Below, piece after piece: positions 1 to 10,404 of a DNA stretch of 64,000 bases. The notes below the pieces were generated by a model, which had not been told where the DNA came from, made no database searches, and was given only the letters and a program-made list of their open reading frames with translations. The position numbers and the translations under genes are program-made. The stretch's first letter is position 1, and every line of letters begins with the position of its first letter. The stretch lies in the IMG/VR virus record IMGVR_UViG_3300050015_000600, positions 1 to 64,000 of that record. One strand, 5' to 3'. The stretch is from a virus.

Positions 1-716
1 AATCCATATCCATATCTATTAGCAAACGTCCCGTGCATCTGTTTAAAGTTCGTTACACCTGTTTGCGTTTGCGTGCTCAAATCCCAACCACCCGAAACGT
101 AAAGCGGTGCGGCTAAACTTGTACCGCTTGAACTAATAACTTGTATTTGTGTTGAGCTTGACGCCGCCGCTCCTGTGCTTGTTATACCAACCTTAACACA
201 AACAACACCACTCTGGGTAGAACTTGGATATTTCGCAAACAGCACTGCCGCAGTATTACTCGATATAGTAATTACTTCATAAGGTACTGAATCCGCACCT
301 AATACAAAATCACCAATAGCAAGCTCTGTTGTGAATGCTGTACCAGAACCTGTCAAAGTAGTAGAATTAAGCGTGAAAGTAAGCGTACCCGAAAGAGCGG
401 CATTATCGGGACTTTTCGCAACTCTTACTTCGTCGTTGCCTGTCCTGCCAGCCGAAGCGTCTGTTATACTTTGATATGGCAAAGAATATGTGCCATCAGC
501 TACACAAACCCACCAAGCGCCGTCAGATAAAGCATGATTAAGATTAACCGCTTGTAAAGATTTATAGACTTTGGCATTTGGAGCCGCAACACCGTCGTAC
601 ACTAAAGCATCTAAACCATAAGTGGTGCCTGCCGACCAATTTGCCATAGCTGTCGTTCTGTCCCTTTTTAGGGTGAAATCCTGTCCGTTTGTCCAATCAC
701 AGTATCTAATTGCCAT
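1..716 (-). CDS. Tail fibre/spike-like protein, N-terminal part, runs off the left edge (not in the ORF track)
   Basis: ATG at 716 opens MAIRYCDWTNGQDFTLKRDRTTAMANWSAGTTYGLDALVYDG... with no stop to position 1. G/S/T/A-rich beta-type composition, at the end of the virion module. Confidence 0.65.
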   Translation of the reverse strand, partial: MAIRYCDWTNGQDFTLKRDRTTAMANWSAGTTYGLDALVYDGVAAPNAKVYKSLQAVNLNHALSDGAWWVCVADGTYSLPYQSITDASAGRTGNDEVRVAKSPDNAALSGTLTFTLNSTTLTGSGTAFTTELAIGDFVLGADSVPYEVITISSNTAAVLFAKYPSSTQSGVVCVKVGITSTGAAASSSTQIQVISSSGTSLAAPLYVSGGWDLSTQTQTGVTNFKQMHGTFANRYGYG

Positions 717-981
717 AGGTTTTGCCTATTTTGGTGACAAGTGAAGGGAAAGCGGCTTTTAATTCGTTAATGCGATTAACTTCATTCTCCAAAGTAGCAT
801 TAAAGCTCGCCTCTATATCAGGAATTAATTCTATACCTTCCAATCCTACAGAGGTAAGCGTAAAGTTATATTCCTTTTCAAAAGTATTCACATCGTTTGA
901 AAATTCTACTTTTATTATCGCCGATTTTTGGTCATTGTTTATTACTATATCTTTAACAGTTGCCTTATATAAGTTCATCAT
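706..981 (-). CDS. Hypothetical protein in fibre cluster (possible fibre assembly factor)
   Basis: 91-aa ORF overlapping both neighbours; N-terminus YKATVKDI resembles YKAKILDV of the adjacent ORF. Confidence 0.5.
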   Translation of the reverse strand: MMNLYKATVKDIVINNDQKSAIIKVEFSNDVNTFEKEYNFTLTSVGLEGIELIPDIEASFNATLENEVNRINELKAAFPSLVTKIGKTYGN

Positions 982-1174
982 CCACCTCTGGGTTATTCAA
1001 TTTTTCTATTTCGTCCGCTATTTTTGCGTCTATGCCGTGTGTAGCACAGTCTATTTCGTTAGCCATTACATAGCTATAAGTTTTTATTTCTACTTTTGCT
1101 CCGTCCGAATACTCAACAAAGTATTTCACTTGGTCGTTTTCTTCGCGGACATCTAATATTTTTGCTTTATACAT
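965..1174 (-). CDS. Hypothetical protein
   Basis: 69-aa ORF tightly packed and co-oriented in the module. Confidence 0.5.
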   Translation of the reverse strand: MYKAKILDVREENDQVKYFVEYSDGAKVEIKTYSYVMANEIDCATHGIDAKIADEIEKLNNPEVDDELI

Positions 1175-1176
1175 TT

Positions 1177-1728
1177 TTATACCTTATATATTATATAGTC
1201 TAATGAAGGTTTTACATACCAACTGTCCGCGGTTACAGCCCAACCTAAATTCTGTACTGCTTCGTCCTCTCCTGAAGGATATGTCTGTTGTATAGCGCCT
1301 GCGGTAATACCTAAATATATTGGAGAGTTGATAGTGAAATTATACAATGTGTCATTTCTATATATGCCTTCAAGCAATATATCCCCTGGCGCACCGCTAA
1401 CACCGCTCGTTAAATTAACACCTCGCGCAGGATATGTACCAGTACCATTAGCATCGGCATTATAAACTTTGCTGTCTGTACCAATATATACCGGCGCACC
1501 TGCGGCTATGGTTTCCCCTTTTGAAAGTGATGTTCTTATGCCTACAGCCGATAAATCGCCTGGCATTGCGGATAACGCCAAATTCTCAGCCACCGCAGGT
1601 GCTGCCCACGTCCACGTACCACTACCATTCGTAGTCAATACGTTATTAGCACTACCCTCGGCTATTATTACTTCTGTAAAACTACCGTCATTAGCCTTTT
1701 TGAATACAAATAAGTTATTGTCTGCCAT
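1177..1728 (-). CDS. Virion fibre/decoration protein (DUF2190/cement-like beta domain)
   Basis: ETIAAGAPVYIG...ARGV...ILLEG...PIYLG...VQNLGWAV pattern typical of phage decoration/fibre domains. Confidence 0.5.
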   Translation of the reverse strand: MADNNLFVFKKANDGSFTEVIIAEGSANNVLTTNGSGTWTWAAPAVAENLALSAMPGDLSAVGIRTSLSKGETIAAGAPVYIGTDSKVYNADANGTGTYPARGVNLTSGVSGAPGDILLEGIYRNDTLYNFTINSPIYLGITAGAIQQTYPSGEDEAVQNLGWAVTADSWYVKPSLDYIIYKV

Positions 1729-1742
1729 TTGTTACCTATAGT

Positions 1743-2741
1743 TTACCAATTTTTTGCTGTTACGGAACGTGACCATCTGCCCGAACCGCCGGAACCTGCT
1801 GTTACGCCAATATACCAATAGTTGCCATCGTAAGCCATTATGCCTACTGCCGAGCAATCCGAATTATAAGCTGCCGGTGCCGCACTCCACATACTTAATA
1901 CTTGAGTAGATAATACTAAACCACCACCTGCGCTTACTGTTACGGCAGCGTGTTTTAGTGATATTGCGCTTGCTACATCAGTATTAGATAAGCCAGAATC
2001 TTCAATTAGTTTACCAGTCGTACCATTAAATTGACAAATGTTATTATCTGTTACACTTGCTGCACCAATTACTGCGCCGTCCAGGTTAGTTTGTGCTACC
2101 GTCCAATCAGCGTCAACATTGCTTGAACCAGCTCTATCTACTATAGCCATTACCAAATCGCCTATCTCGCATACCTTGCCTTTTATAGTGCCGGCTTCGA
2201 TTACTCTATACGTCCAACCTGTATCGTAAGTAGCCAATGCGTTAAAAGCAACTATCGTATGCGTGCCACCCGTACCTACTGTTCCTTTGAATATCATTGC
2301 GTCATTAGAAGCAAACAAACCATCTGCGTAAGCCTGTGTCGCTAAAGTACCCGTTACCGCCGGCAATGTCAATGTCACGTCTGCCGTCATAACAGCATTT
2401 GTTATTGTCATTGTGTGGTCTTCACCAGCGTTTAGCGCTACGTCAAGAACTATTTTCCCTGTTGAAGAATCACTATCTATCGTAAATGTATTGCTCGTGG
2501 TTCCTGTATCTGTATTCTGCGTGTGTCCACCTGATACAGCAACCCATTTTAATCCTGTCGCTTCGTTGCTATCCGCGACTAATATATAAGTGTCCGTGCC
2601 TACGGCTAATACCGTTGGTACGTGGTTAGTGTCTGCCGATAGCAAACTGCCTTTGTTTAAGTGGATTATCTTCTCGCTAAATTCTGTGCCTGCCGCCGCC
2701 ACATTTTGCGTAAGTACCACGTCATATTGAACTAATGCCAT
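1743..2741 (-). CDS. Tail fibre-like structural protein
   Basis: TLTLPAVTGTLAT, FKGTV...YRVIEAG...GDLV, QFNGTTGKLIEDSG and C-terminal GIMAYDGNYWYI...RW segments typical of fibre modules. Confidence 0.6.
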   Translation of the reverse strand: MALVQYDVVLTQNVAAAGTEFSEKIIHLNKGSLLSADTNHVPTVLAVGTDTYILVADSNEATGLKWVAVSGGHTQNTDTGTTSNTFTIDSDSSTGKIVLDVALNAGEDHTMTITNAVMTADVTLTLPAVTGTLATQAYADGLFASNDAMIFKGTVGTGGTHTIVAFNALATYDTGWTYRVIEAGTIKGKVCEIGDLVMAIVDRAGSSNVDADWTVAQTNLDGAVIGAASVTDNNICQFNGTTGKLIEDSGLSNTDVASAISLKHAAVTVSAGGGLVLSTQVLSMWSAAPAAYNSDCSAVGIMAYDGNYWYIGVTAGSGGSGRWSRSVTAKNW

Positions 2742-3022
2742 TATTCTTCCTCTTTCTCTATATCATACAATTCAAAATTCACTTTTACATCGTCTTTGGT
2801 TTCTAATGCCATACGCAATATGTCCAACAGTCCTTCTTTTTTAATTACTATGCCACAGAAGTATTTCTCGCCTATGAGTTCAATAATCTGTTCTTTAGTC
2901 GCCAATCTATTTTCTTCTGCTATAATGGTCAAGCGTTGTAACTCCGCTTCCATCTCTTCTATTTTCTTTTTTAAACTTTTACGTCCCATTTCTATGTCCT
3001 CATAAGTGGTTGCTTTTTCCAT
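2741..3022 (-). CDS. Hypothetical protein (N-terminal coiled coil)
   Basis: 93-aa ORF whose stop overlaps the next start. Confidence 0.5.
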   Translation of the reverse strand: MEKATTYEDIEMGRKSLKKKIEEMEAELQRLTIIAEENRLATKEQIIELIGEKYFCGIVIKKEGLLDILRMALETKDDVKVNFELYDIEKEEE

Positions 3023-3270
3023 ATTGCATTTCCGGCTGTTCCGGTTTTAGTACATTTATATTCGTAATCATCATCAAAATATTCTTGACCCAACACACCA
3101 GCATCTACAGCACTTGATTTTGTACCATAATTCCCTGGTATGTTATTGTTTGGCGGGATAGTTCCTTGGTTCCCTGTCCCTGGGTCGCCCATCGGCGGAT
3201 AGAATCCATTGTTCGCGGTATTCGCCGCGCTATCGTTCGTGTCTTCCCATTCGGGATAAAAACCTGCCAT
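2992..3270 (-). CDS. Small fibre-associated protein
   Basis: GVLGQEYFDDDYEYKC...AIWKK resembles the C-terminal module of 1743..2741. Confidence 0.5.
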   Translation of the reverse strand: MAGFYPEWEDTNDSAANTANNGFYPPMGDPGTGNQGTIPPNNNIPGNYGTKSSAVDAGVLGQEYFDDDYEYKCTKTGTAGNAIWKKQPLMRT

Positions 3271-3274
3271 CTCT

Positions 3275-6200
3275 CTACCTTATATGTGAATGAATCATTC
3301 GCCAATAAAAATTGTATTCTGCTAAGTATGTATATCCCTCTGTCTCAATATCTATATGATACTGTTTCCCCTTCGCCGGTCTGTCGTCAACTTTATATAA
3401 TCCGTTAGCGTCTAAGCCCATTCTCGGAGTTTCGTTTACTATTCTGATAAAGTTGTCGTGCGTCCCGCTTATAGTTCTTTTCCCTGGATAGCCTTCGTAA
3501 TAAGTTCCTGAAGCATAATCAACCGTAGGATTAAAGTCCTCTTTGCCTACAGCGTAATCAGTCGCTCCCAAGAATCCCTCGTGTTCTATCTTATTAAAGT
3601 ATTTATCATAGTTATTCTCAGTCGAAGTCTTAATCGTTATAAAGCCTTCGCTGTATATATCAAAATTGTTATCTCTGATTCTCTTGTTTACAGTCCCGTT
3701 ATTCATATCATAGAATTTACTTCTGTAGATATTCTTAATCGGGAACTCTATTTTATGTGGAAACTCATTAGCCACTAATGTTTCATAATTGCCGCTCTTG
3801 CCGTAATCAGCGTTATTGTAAAGCACAGAATCAGTCCCTTTATATAGCTCTGGTGCTTTGTAAGGCGTTTCTATGTAAAATTGTGCTGTTTTATATCTCT
3901 CGCCCGAAGAATACGGCACGCCCGATATATCGAAATTGCCGTATAATTTCGGAAGTATATCCGCGCTTCTAAGTTCGCCCAAGCTATTAGTAAAGTATTT
4001 TCTCAATACCTGTTGCGAATCGTTTGCTGTAGTGACAAAAGGTGGCATAGGATAATTGCCTGCCAGCTCGTTGCTGACATCTCCTGTATTAAGATAAGAA
4101 TACTTTGTAGCGTACTGGTGTAACAAATTTACTACATAAACGTGCCCTAAAAGCCGTTTATCGTGCTTAAATTTGCTGTTATTGTCAAAGTACGTTATAG
4201 TTGTATCGTGAGTGTCGCTATCGCCTAAATTACAGCCAATCGGTATATTCAAATACAGTTCGCTTGTCGTAGGATTATAAGCGCACGACGCGTCTCTGAT
4301 TTTCTCTTTCGCGTTCTGTAATCTAAACTGTAATTCTTCGTTGAACTTGCCGTCTATCTTTGAGAATTGGTTATTATCATATCTCATCAAACCTTCCCAG
4401 CTTAGGAAATACAACACGTTGTCTATATTTATCAACGTATTAGGTGCTATACATCCTATATTAGGTGTTAGCTCATCCGTTCTACTTATAGGCTCCTGGC
4501 GTCCTTGTACTGCCATTCTGTGCGTAGAGTTCTCTTTGAATATTACTAAGTTGCCGTATAAACTCGCAAGCCCAGTCACCTGGTCGCCGTCGCCTTCTTT
4601 TACTTGTCCAAAAGCGTCAGCTTTGATTTTGTCAGGTAAAAATGCTTCCGAGTATCTAAAAGCAGATTCATAGTTATGAACATCGCGTTGTACTACAGGC
4701 ATTGCTTGTTTACCGGTTAATCCCGCATCTACGAATATACCTTCGTCATCAGGTTCTACCTTGCCGACATAGAAAAATTCGTCAGGCTGTGGAAGTGTTG
4801 CCGTAGGCTTTGTTCTGTAGACTTCTACTTCTTTTATGCTGTCGTCGTACTTGCTTGGAATAGTATATAATACTACCGCGTATTTATCAACCGTGCCCGA
4901 TTGGTGTACGCCCGAGGTTTCTATATGGCTCGTTTCTTTGTAATCTGAATACACACCCGTATTATCTTTATAAAGGTATCTATATTTAACTATTTTATTT
5001 CCTTCGAATCCGTCATCGCCGGAAGCTGTGCACATAAATGTTTCGTAATGCGTGTCAGGATACATAAAGTCGCCGTAGCCGCTTATACCGCTTTCTAATT
5101 CGTGTTTGCGGATTGGCTTTGGAGAATATGTTTCCTCTAAATTTGCATAATACATACGCTCGTTCAACGCTACATTAAACCTTGATTTTAATGGGTCTGT
5201 TAAGCCGTCGTAATCTGATATATTTACACTAAAATCTAATTCTTCGTCTTTGATTTTATCGAAGTAATAGCAACCGGAATAGTTAGTTTTGTCTAACATC
5301 TCTGTTATAGCTATATCACCTTCGCGTTTGATAGGCACTTCTTCTACTAAGCCGTATTGTGTTGGCTGGTAGTCGTTGTTGTGTGAACTTAATGTTCTAA
5401 ATATCAATAATCTCTTAGCGCGGGCAGGAACCTTAGCATTTTCTATTTTAAATCCTATCCTTGGTGCTTTGAATAACACAGAACTTGGGAATACTGCTGT
5501 CAATTGTTCCGGCAACATTAAGCGTGTACCCGCGAAGTAGTTTTCAAGAGTAAGATTGTCGCCGAAATTTCTATGATTAAACCCCGTATATTCCTTATCC
5601 CCTAATAAATTATAATGAATATTAACGTCATATAGCGTTCCTGTATAATCTAAACGAGCCATGTCATAAGCAAACATATCGCCGCTCATAACAGCTATTT
5701 TCGCAGAATCCATATCCCCATGTATATAGATTTTTTCTGAGTATATATCCATTTGTGGCGGGTTAATTTCAATATTTATAATGCCATTTTGTATTAATCT
5801 GTTTCGCGCTTGAGTTTGAATAGCCAAATCCGTATTCATTAAATCTTCAGAATCTTCTTTAACTATCCTTAACGAAGTATTAGGCCTAAAATCATACGCT
5901 CCGCTTACTATAGGATTTTTATTATTCCAGTCATCGTCTCTATCCGCGTTACTTACGCCTAATAAATTAAAATAGAAATCATTATCTGGTACGTTATAAT
6001 ATTTACCCCAAATCGAATCAGGAAACCGCAACGCCATCGCTTCATATATATTGCGCGGAAAGTGATCAATCGTGTAATGATACCCAAATCCGGCATTTGT
6101 TCCACCTGTGACTATTTCATATTTTCTGACATCGTCATTCGCATAAGCTAATCTAACTCTACCATCTACATCGCACAAAGAATTATATGTAACGCTTTTA

Positions 6201-8356
6201 CCTTCGGTTTTAAATATTGGCAGATATAAGCTGTGTACAGAAGTGTAAACATCTGCGTTGCTCTCTGTTATCTGCGCTCTGTTATAAAATTTACTATCTT
6301 CATAAATGCTTATTTCTGGGCTATCGTCGTCATCGTCGTCCCATAACGAAACAGCCTCGTAAAAAATTCCATTGTATTTGACATACGGCGTTGACACGCC
6401 TGTGATAAGTGTACTTAATTCACCTTTTTCATCGTGCGTCCAACCAGATATATCATAATTTGTTGCATCAGGTGCAAATCTATGATTCATGCCGCTGTAC
6501 ATCTGTTGCTTTAAGTCGTAGAATTTTTGACCAAAGTCGCTCAATTCAGTATCGTTGTTCTCAAAGAATTTTGGATACGGATTATAATACGCGTCGTTTG
6601 TTAATCCAACGTAACCGCTTTTTGGTTCTGTGAATTGGCTCAAATGGTATGGTTCGCCGCTCCTTAAACCGCCCATCTCCAATGGTCTATCGTAAGAAGT
6701 GTTATAAACCATGTCTTCGTCTTTTGTAGCCGACCACATAATATCAGGGATAAGCATTTCCGCCGAAGGTGCTGAATATTGCCCTCCGCCTAAATCCCAA
6801 ACGAACCTGTATCTCCAAACACCTAAAGGCACTTCTTCGCCGTATCTGCCATGTTTTTTAATCTCTGTTATACGTGTCTTTAGTCCGTCTAATTTTTCAA
6901 ATTCGCGGCTTACTTCATTAAGCATATAATGTGTTACGTCTGCTTCGTAGCCAGTCGGAATAACATAATTATCTTTCGCGCCTATAGTAGGATGGTAATT
7001 TAGTTTATAATCTTCCCAAATATAGCTGTCGGCATATTTTAAATCATCTAATTCATCTTTCTTGAATTTTGGAATAGATAACAAATCGTCAAATTCTTCA
7101 CGGACATCCGAATTGCTGAAAACATATTTTAAGTCAGTATTGTTGTAATGATGAATAGTATAATCAACCTGCCGCTTGTCAGAAGTATATTTGGCTTTAA
7201 CATAAGTATTGAGGAAAGTCGTATATGAATCATTGCCTAAGTATTCTTCTATAATTTTAGCAGTTCTGCTCTCTTGTATCCCTTCGCCGACATTCTCTAG
7301 CCAATCCATGTTGCTAATCGTATCCGAGAAATGGTCAACCGTTGTTTTTGTCCACTTCTTGTCAAACTCATAGCCATACAATCCCATGGCAGTGTTTACA
7401 CCGCTGTATTTGTCGTTTTCAGCCCCGCTGTCGAATCTTAAGTCAACTTCCACACAATCTATGTCAAACAAGTCTAAAGTGTTGTCACGGAGCCTTAATT
7501 CGTGTACCTGTCCATACGTGCCATCATACTGCTCTCTGTCATATTCATCTTCCAACATTAAGTCGCCGTTAGTTCTATCACTAATAACCAGCTTGTGTTT
7601 ATACTCGTGCATATCGACATAGTCATTTATCCAAGGGTCAGGCCGTATGCCTGATATAACCTCACCATTAGGGAAATAACAATTGCCCGAAATATAAATA
7701 GTGTTGACCGTCCCCCGATTAGGAGCGTATAACTGCTCAGAACCCTTAAAGTCAACACCATTAATATTTACATCTTTTTTATCTATCACAGTGACACATT
7801 TAAAATCTTTTCTTGCCGCGTCTTCAAAGTGAAAACCGGAAACGCCGTACTCTAAGCTAGTGCTTACTAATAATTTGTTAGCCAACGATCCTGTCGTCGG
7901 GCTGAATAGGTACGTCCCCTTATGACTGTAAGCTCCGCTGAAACCGTCAGCATAACCGGCTCTCACAAAATACACCATCACTCTGTCTGAATCTATAGCA
8001 TCCCAGTAATCCGCGAATATGTATTCACCAAGGCCAACTATTCCATTGCTGTTGACATGGCTCGTCACGTCTATAAAAGCACTACTGCGAATACCGGAAG
8101 CCACTGCCAAACCATTACCGCTTTGAACAACCTCCCATTGGTTAAACAACACACCGCTCGAATCCAAACCGCTAATCTCGTAAGGATAGCCGCTATCGCT
8201 TTCTAACCCGATATAATAACCATTACGGTTCACAAGTTTACCAACTTCGTTCATCCTGAAGTTTAATATATCTCTTGCTTCGCCTTCGTTTATTAAGTCA
8301 GGTGCTATCTCGCTGTTAAGCCCTTTAAATACGTTAGTGGTTTGTTTGGCGTACAT
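3275..8356 (-). CDS. Tail stabilisation/muzzle (nozzle) protein, P22 gp10/crAss muzzle-like, with large insertions
   Basis: N-terminal FKGLNSEIAPDLINEGEARDILNFR and C-terminal propeller-type motifs (GDQVTGLASLYGNLVIFKE, IGCIAPNT, LYFLSWEGLMRYD); lies downstream of the ring proteins. Confidence 0.75.
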   Translation of the reverse strand: MYAKQTTNVFKGLNSEIAPDLINEGEARDILNFRMNEVGKLVNRNGYYIGLESDSGYPYEISGLDSSGVLFNQWEVVQSGNGLAVASGIRSSAFIDVTSHVNSNGIVGLGEYIFADYWDAIDSDRVMVYFVRAGYADGFSGAYSHKGTYLFSPTTGSLANKLLVSTSLEYGVSGFHFEDAARKDFKCVTVIDKKDVNINGVDFKGSEQLYAPNRGTVNTIYISGNCYFPNGEVISGIRPDPWINDYVDMHEYKHKLVISDRTNGDLMLEDEYDREQYDGTYGQVHELRLRDNTLDLFDIDCVEVDLRFDSGAENDKYSGVNTAMGLYGYEFDKKWTKTTVDHFSDTISNMDWLENVGEGIQESRTAKIIEEYLGNDSYTTFLNTYVKAKYTSDKRQVDYTIHHYNNTDLKYVFSNSDVREEFDDLLSIPKFKKDELDDLKYADSYIWEDYKLNYHPTIGAKDNYVIPTGYEADVTHYMLNEVSREFEKLDGLKTRITEIKKHGRYGEEVPLGVWRYRFVWDLGGGQYSAPSAEMLIPDIMWSATKDEDMVYNTSYDRPLEMGGLRSGEPYHLSQFTEPKSGYVGLTNDAYYNPYPKFFENNDTELSDFGQKFYDLKQQMYSGMNHRFAPDATNYDISGWTHDEKGELSTLITGVSTPYVKYNGIFYEAVSLWDDDDDDSPEISIYEDSKFYNRAQITESNADVYTSVHSLYLPIFKTEGKSVTYNSLCDVDGRVRLAYANDDVRKYEIVTGGTNAGFGYHYTIDHFPRNIYEAMALRFPDSIWGKYYNVPDNDFYFNLLGVSNADRDDDWNNKNPIVSGAYDFRPNTSLRIVKEDSEDLMNTDLAIQTQARNRLIQNGIINIEINPPQMDIYSEKIYIHGDMDSAKIAVMSGDMFAYDMARLDYTGTLYDVNIHYNLLGDKEYTGFNHRNFGDNLTLENYFAGTRLMLPEQLTAVFPSSVLFKAPRIGFKIENAKVPARAKRLLIFRTLSSHNNDYQPTQYGLVEEVPIKREGDIAITEMLDKTNYSGCYYFDKIKDEELDFSVNISDYDGLTDPLKSRFNVALNERMYYANLEETYSPKPIRKHELESGISGYGDFMYPDTHYETFMCTASGDDGFEGNKIVKYRYLYKDNTGVYSDYKETSHIETSGVHQSGTVDKYAVVLYTIPSKYDDSIKEVEVYRTKPTATLPQPDEFFYVGKVEPDDEGIFVDAGLTGKQAMPVVQRDVHNYESAFRYSEAFLPDKIKADAFGQVKEGDGDQVTGLASLYGNLVIFKENSTHRMAVQGRQEPISRTDELTPNIGCIAPNTLINIDNVLYFLSWEGLMRYDNNQFSKIDGKFNEELQFRLQNAKEKIRDASCAYNPTTSELYLNIPIGCNLGDSDTHDTTITYFDNNSKFKHDKRLLGHVYVVNLLHQYATKYSYLNTGDVSNELAGNYPMPPFVTTANDSQQVLRKYFTNSLGELRSADILPKLYGNFDISGVPYSSGERYKTAQFYIETPYKAPELYKGTDSVLYNNADYGKSGNYETLVANEFPHKIEFPIKNIYRSKFYDMNNGTVNKRIRDNNFDIYSEGFITIKTSTENNYDKYFNKIEHEGFLGATDYAVGKEDFNPTVDYASGTYYEGYPGKRTISGTHDNFIRIVNETPRMGLDANGLYKVDDRPAKGKQYHIDIETEGYTYLAEYNFYWRMIHSHIR

Positions 8357-8952
8357 AATAAATCCTGTTTACCTTTTGATTTTAAATTAACTTTCTTTTT
8401 TCCTAAGAACAAATCAACTCTTGCTCTTACTCTTATCTTTAATCCTCTGATCACTCTGCCGTCTGCGTGTATGTATCGGCTCATTAGTTCTGCCGCTTCT
8501 TCCATCTTATAGTTATTTACTAATTCGATGATACCCGTGGATAAAGAACCTAGATTGTAAACGTGGTCGGCCAAAGCCACCCACTCGTAGTCGAATAATT
8601 GTACTGTAATTTTGTCTTTTAAATAACTTTCGCATTGTACTAATTCATTGAAAAATAATCTATCTGCTAATTCTTGTGATATTCTGTTAGTATTGCCGCG
8701 TCCCCATGACGTTCCATATCCTATCGTTCTGTTACCGCCTGAGCATGTGTAGGCCGTAAGCCTGCAACCCTCTTGCGTCTTTATAAATTTCGCCGCTTGC
8801 ATCCACCTTGTATCTACATCTTGACTAAGCCCACGGGCTGATATTATAATCCCTAGAACTATGATGAGAATACTCCGGTAGAAATAATTTAGCGAACTCG
8901 ATTTCCTCTTTATATCTTTTCTCATATTGCATAAAATTCGGACTCCCAGCAC
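8305..8952 (-). CDS. Phage lysozyme (GH24) with N-terminal hydrophobic SAR/signal segment; start uncertain (8952, 8925 or 8802)
   Basis: FIKTQEGCRLTAYTCSGGNRTIGYG (E-x8-C-x5-T), ALADHVYNLG, GRVIRGLKIR. Confidence 0.85.
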   Translation of the reverse strand: MLGVRILCNMRKDIKRKSSSLNYFYRSILIIVLGIIISARGLSQDVDTRWMQAAKFIKTQEGCRLTAYTCSGGNRTIGYGTSWGRGNTNRISQELADRLFFNELVQCESYLKDKITVQLFDYEWVALADHVYNLGSLSTGIIELVNNYKMEEAAELMSRYIHADGRVIRGLKIRVRARVDLFLGKKKVNLKSKGKQDLLCTPNKPLTYLKGLTAR

Positions 8953-9634
8953 TCATAATATATTCACTTACTGCATACATCAAAAAACAGCGTTCGTAAG
9001 GAGCCAATAGAGGATTTACCCTCGTGCTCTCAAACATAGTCTGAAATGTTGTATCTAGTGTTGGTATGCTATTTGTATTAAGATCATACCAGGCATCCCA
9101 ATATGTATAGTAGTTGAATACAGGTGTACTCGTCCCTGCTGTCCATAGCGGTGTGCCAAAGGCTGGAATATCCGGTTTATAAAATATCAGTATCTCATCA
9201 GGTTCGCAAGGCTCCATGCCTTTGCTAAACCTGATTTCGTTATCGTGAATTGAATAACGTGTACTGTCGTCATTATAGGCGTAACCGCGGTGATAATCTA
9301 ATAATTTTGTATCACCATAAAGCCCGTTATACATTTTTTCGTTATACGCGTCCCTCTCTTTCACCCCCATCGGAACACACAGACGCCCATTGCCATTGGC
9401 ATCAACGTCTTTTATCTGTATGATTCGTAAATAATCAACAGGAATCGTAAAGTACGGCTCCTGCGCGGCCTTAAGAAATGTTATTTTCTTCTCTAAATAC
9501 TCAGTCTCCCTCTGAAACTGCTGCATGCCGCGGGTAAATGACCGCATAAAGGTTACTTCGTCTGTCGGAAGTTTCTCCGTGTATAGACGCAGCGCAATTT
9601 GATAATCTGAATATAATTCTCTAAATGTTGACAT
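8825..9634 (-). CDS. Tail ring/head-tail adaptor paralogue (P22 gp4/crAss ring-like)
   Basis: IPVDYLRI, ILIFYKP and C-terminal helix YERCFLMYAVSEY; shared pattern with four neighbours. Confidence 0.6.
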   Translation of the reverse strand: MSTFRELYSDYQIALRLYTEKLPTDEVTFMRSFTRGMQQFQRETEYLEKKITFLKAAQEPYFTIPVDYLRIIQIKDVDANGNGRLCVPMGVKERDAYNEKMYNGLYGDTKLLDYHRGYAYNDDSTRYSIHDNEIRFSKGMEPCEPDEILIFYKPDIPAFGTPLWTAGTSTPVFNYYTYWDAWYDLNTNSIPTLDTTFQTMFESTRVNPLLAPYERCFLMYAVSEYIMSAGSPNFMQYEKRYKEEIEFAKLFLPEYSHHSSRDYNISPWA

Positions 9635-9642
9635 TGCTTAAC

Positions 9643-10404
9643 CTATGATTGTTTACTTTCTATATTTAATTCTCTTTCGGCGATTATTGCATCATAATTG
9701 CCTTGTATAATTTTTGTTAGCTGGTCTATGTCGCTTTTCAATATCGGGTACGATCCTTCAGGGCTTGCTTTCTTCAAGCACATCATTATCGTCTGCAATA
9801 TTACTAATTCCTGCAAATCGCCTACATAAACCGTCTCCGCATCCGCGAACTCTAAATCGTCAAGCATAGCTAAATACCATATCTCGACTTTAACCGTATC
9901 CGGGTCCGGGTCTGCTATGCTAAATAACGTTCCCTGCGAACCGTCCAGCCCGCCTACAAATATACTCTTGCTTAGTACATCAGTATTAGTAGAACTCTGC
10001 CCTATGTTGTATATCGGCTGTAAAATAAACGGCGTTGTCCAGCTATTCATGCTTATATGGTGTATCTCGGTATGCTCGGCTTTTCTTGCTTGTCGCGAGT
10101 AGTTTATTCTGTCCTGCGTCCAGTTTACTTTAACAACAATTTCTTCTATGAAATTCGCTGGCAAAGGAGCCGGATATAAAAATATGTTCTTAAAATTCAC
10201 ACTCAAATAATCTTCTGCTGTTGGAAATATGTTGGTTTGATATATACGGCCAAACCTTTCAGGCATAGCTTTCATCACATAACGCTGTATAGTCTTGCGG
10301 ACTATATTAACGTATGTCATTATTTCTAAATTGCTAAGGTCAGCGGCTACAGTGTAGCGGTGTATCCTGCTCTTAACTTCCTCTATATAAGTCCTGCCAT
10401 CCAT
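9643..10404 (-). CDS. Tail ring/adaptor paralogue
   Basis: EIMTYVN, LPANFIE, EIWYLA, LQELVIL pattern. Confidence 0.6.
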   Translation of the reverse strand: MDGRTYIEEVKSRIHRYTVAADLSNLEIMTYVNIVRKTIQRYVMKAMPERFGRIYQTNIFPTAEDYLSVNFKNIFLYPAPLPANFIEEIVVKVNWTQDRINYSRQARKAEHTEIHHISMNSWTTPFILQPIYNIGQSSTNTDVLSKSIFVGGLDGSQGTLFSIADPDPDTVKVEIWYLAMLDDLEFADAETVYVGDLQELVILQTIMMCLKKASPEGSYPILKSDIDQLTKIIQGNYDAIIAERELNIESKQS

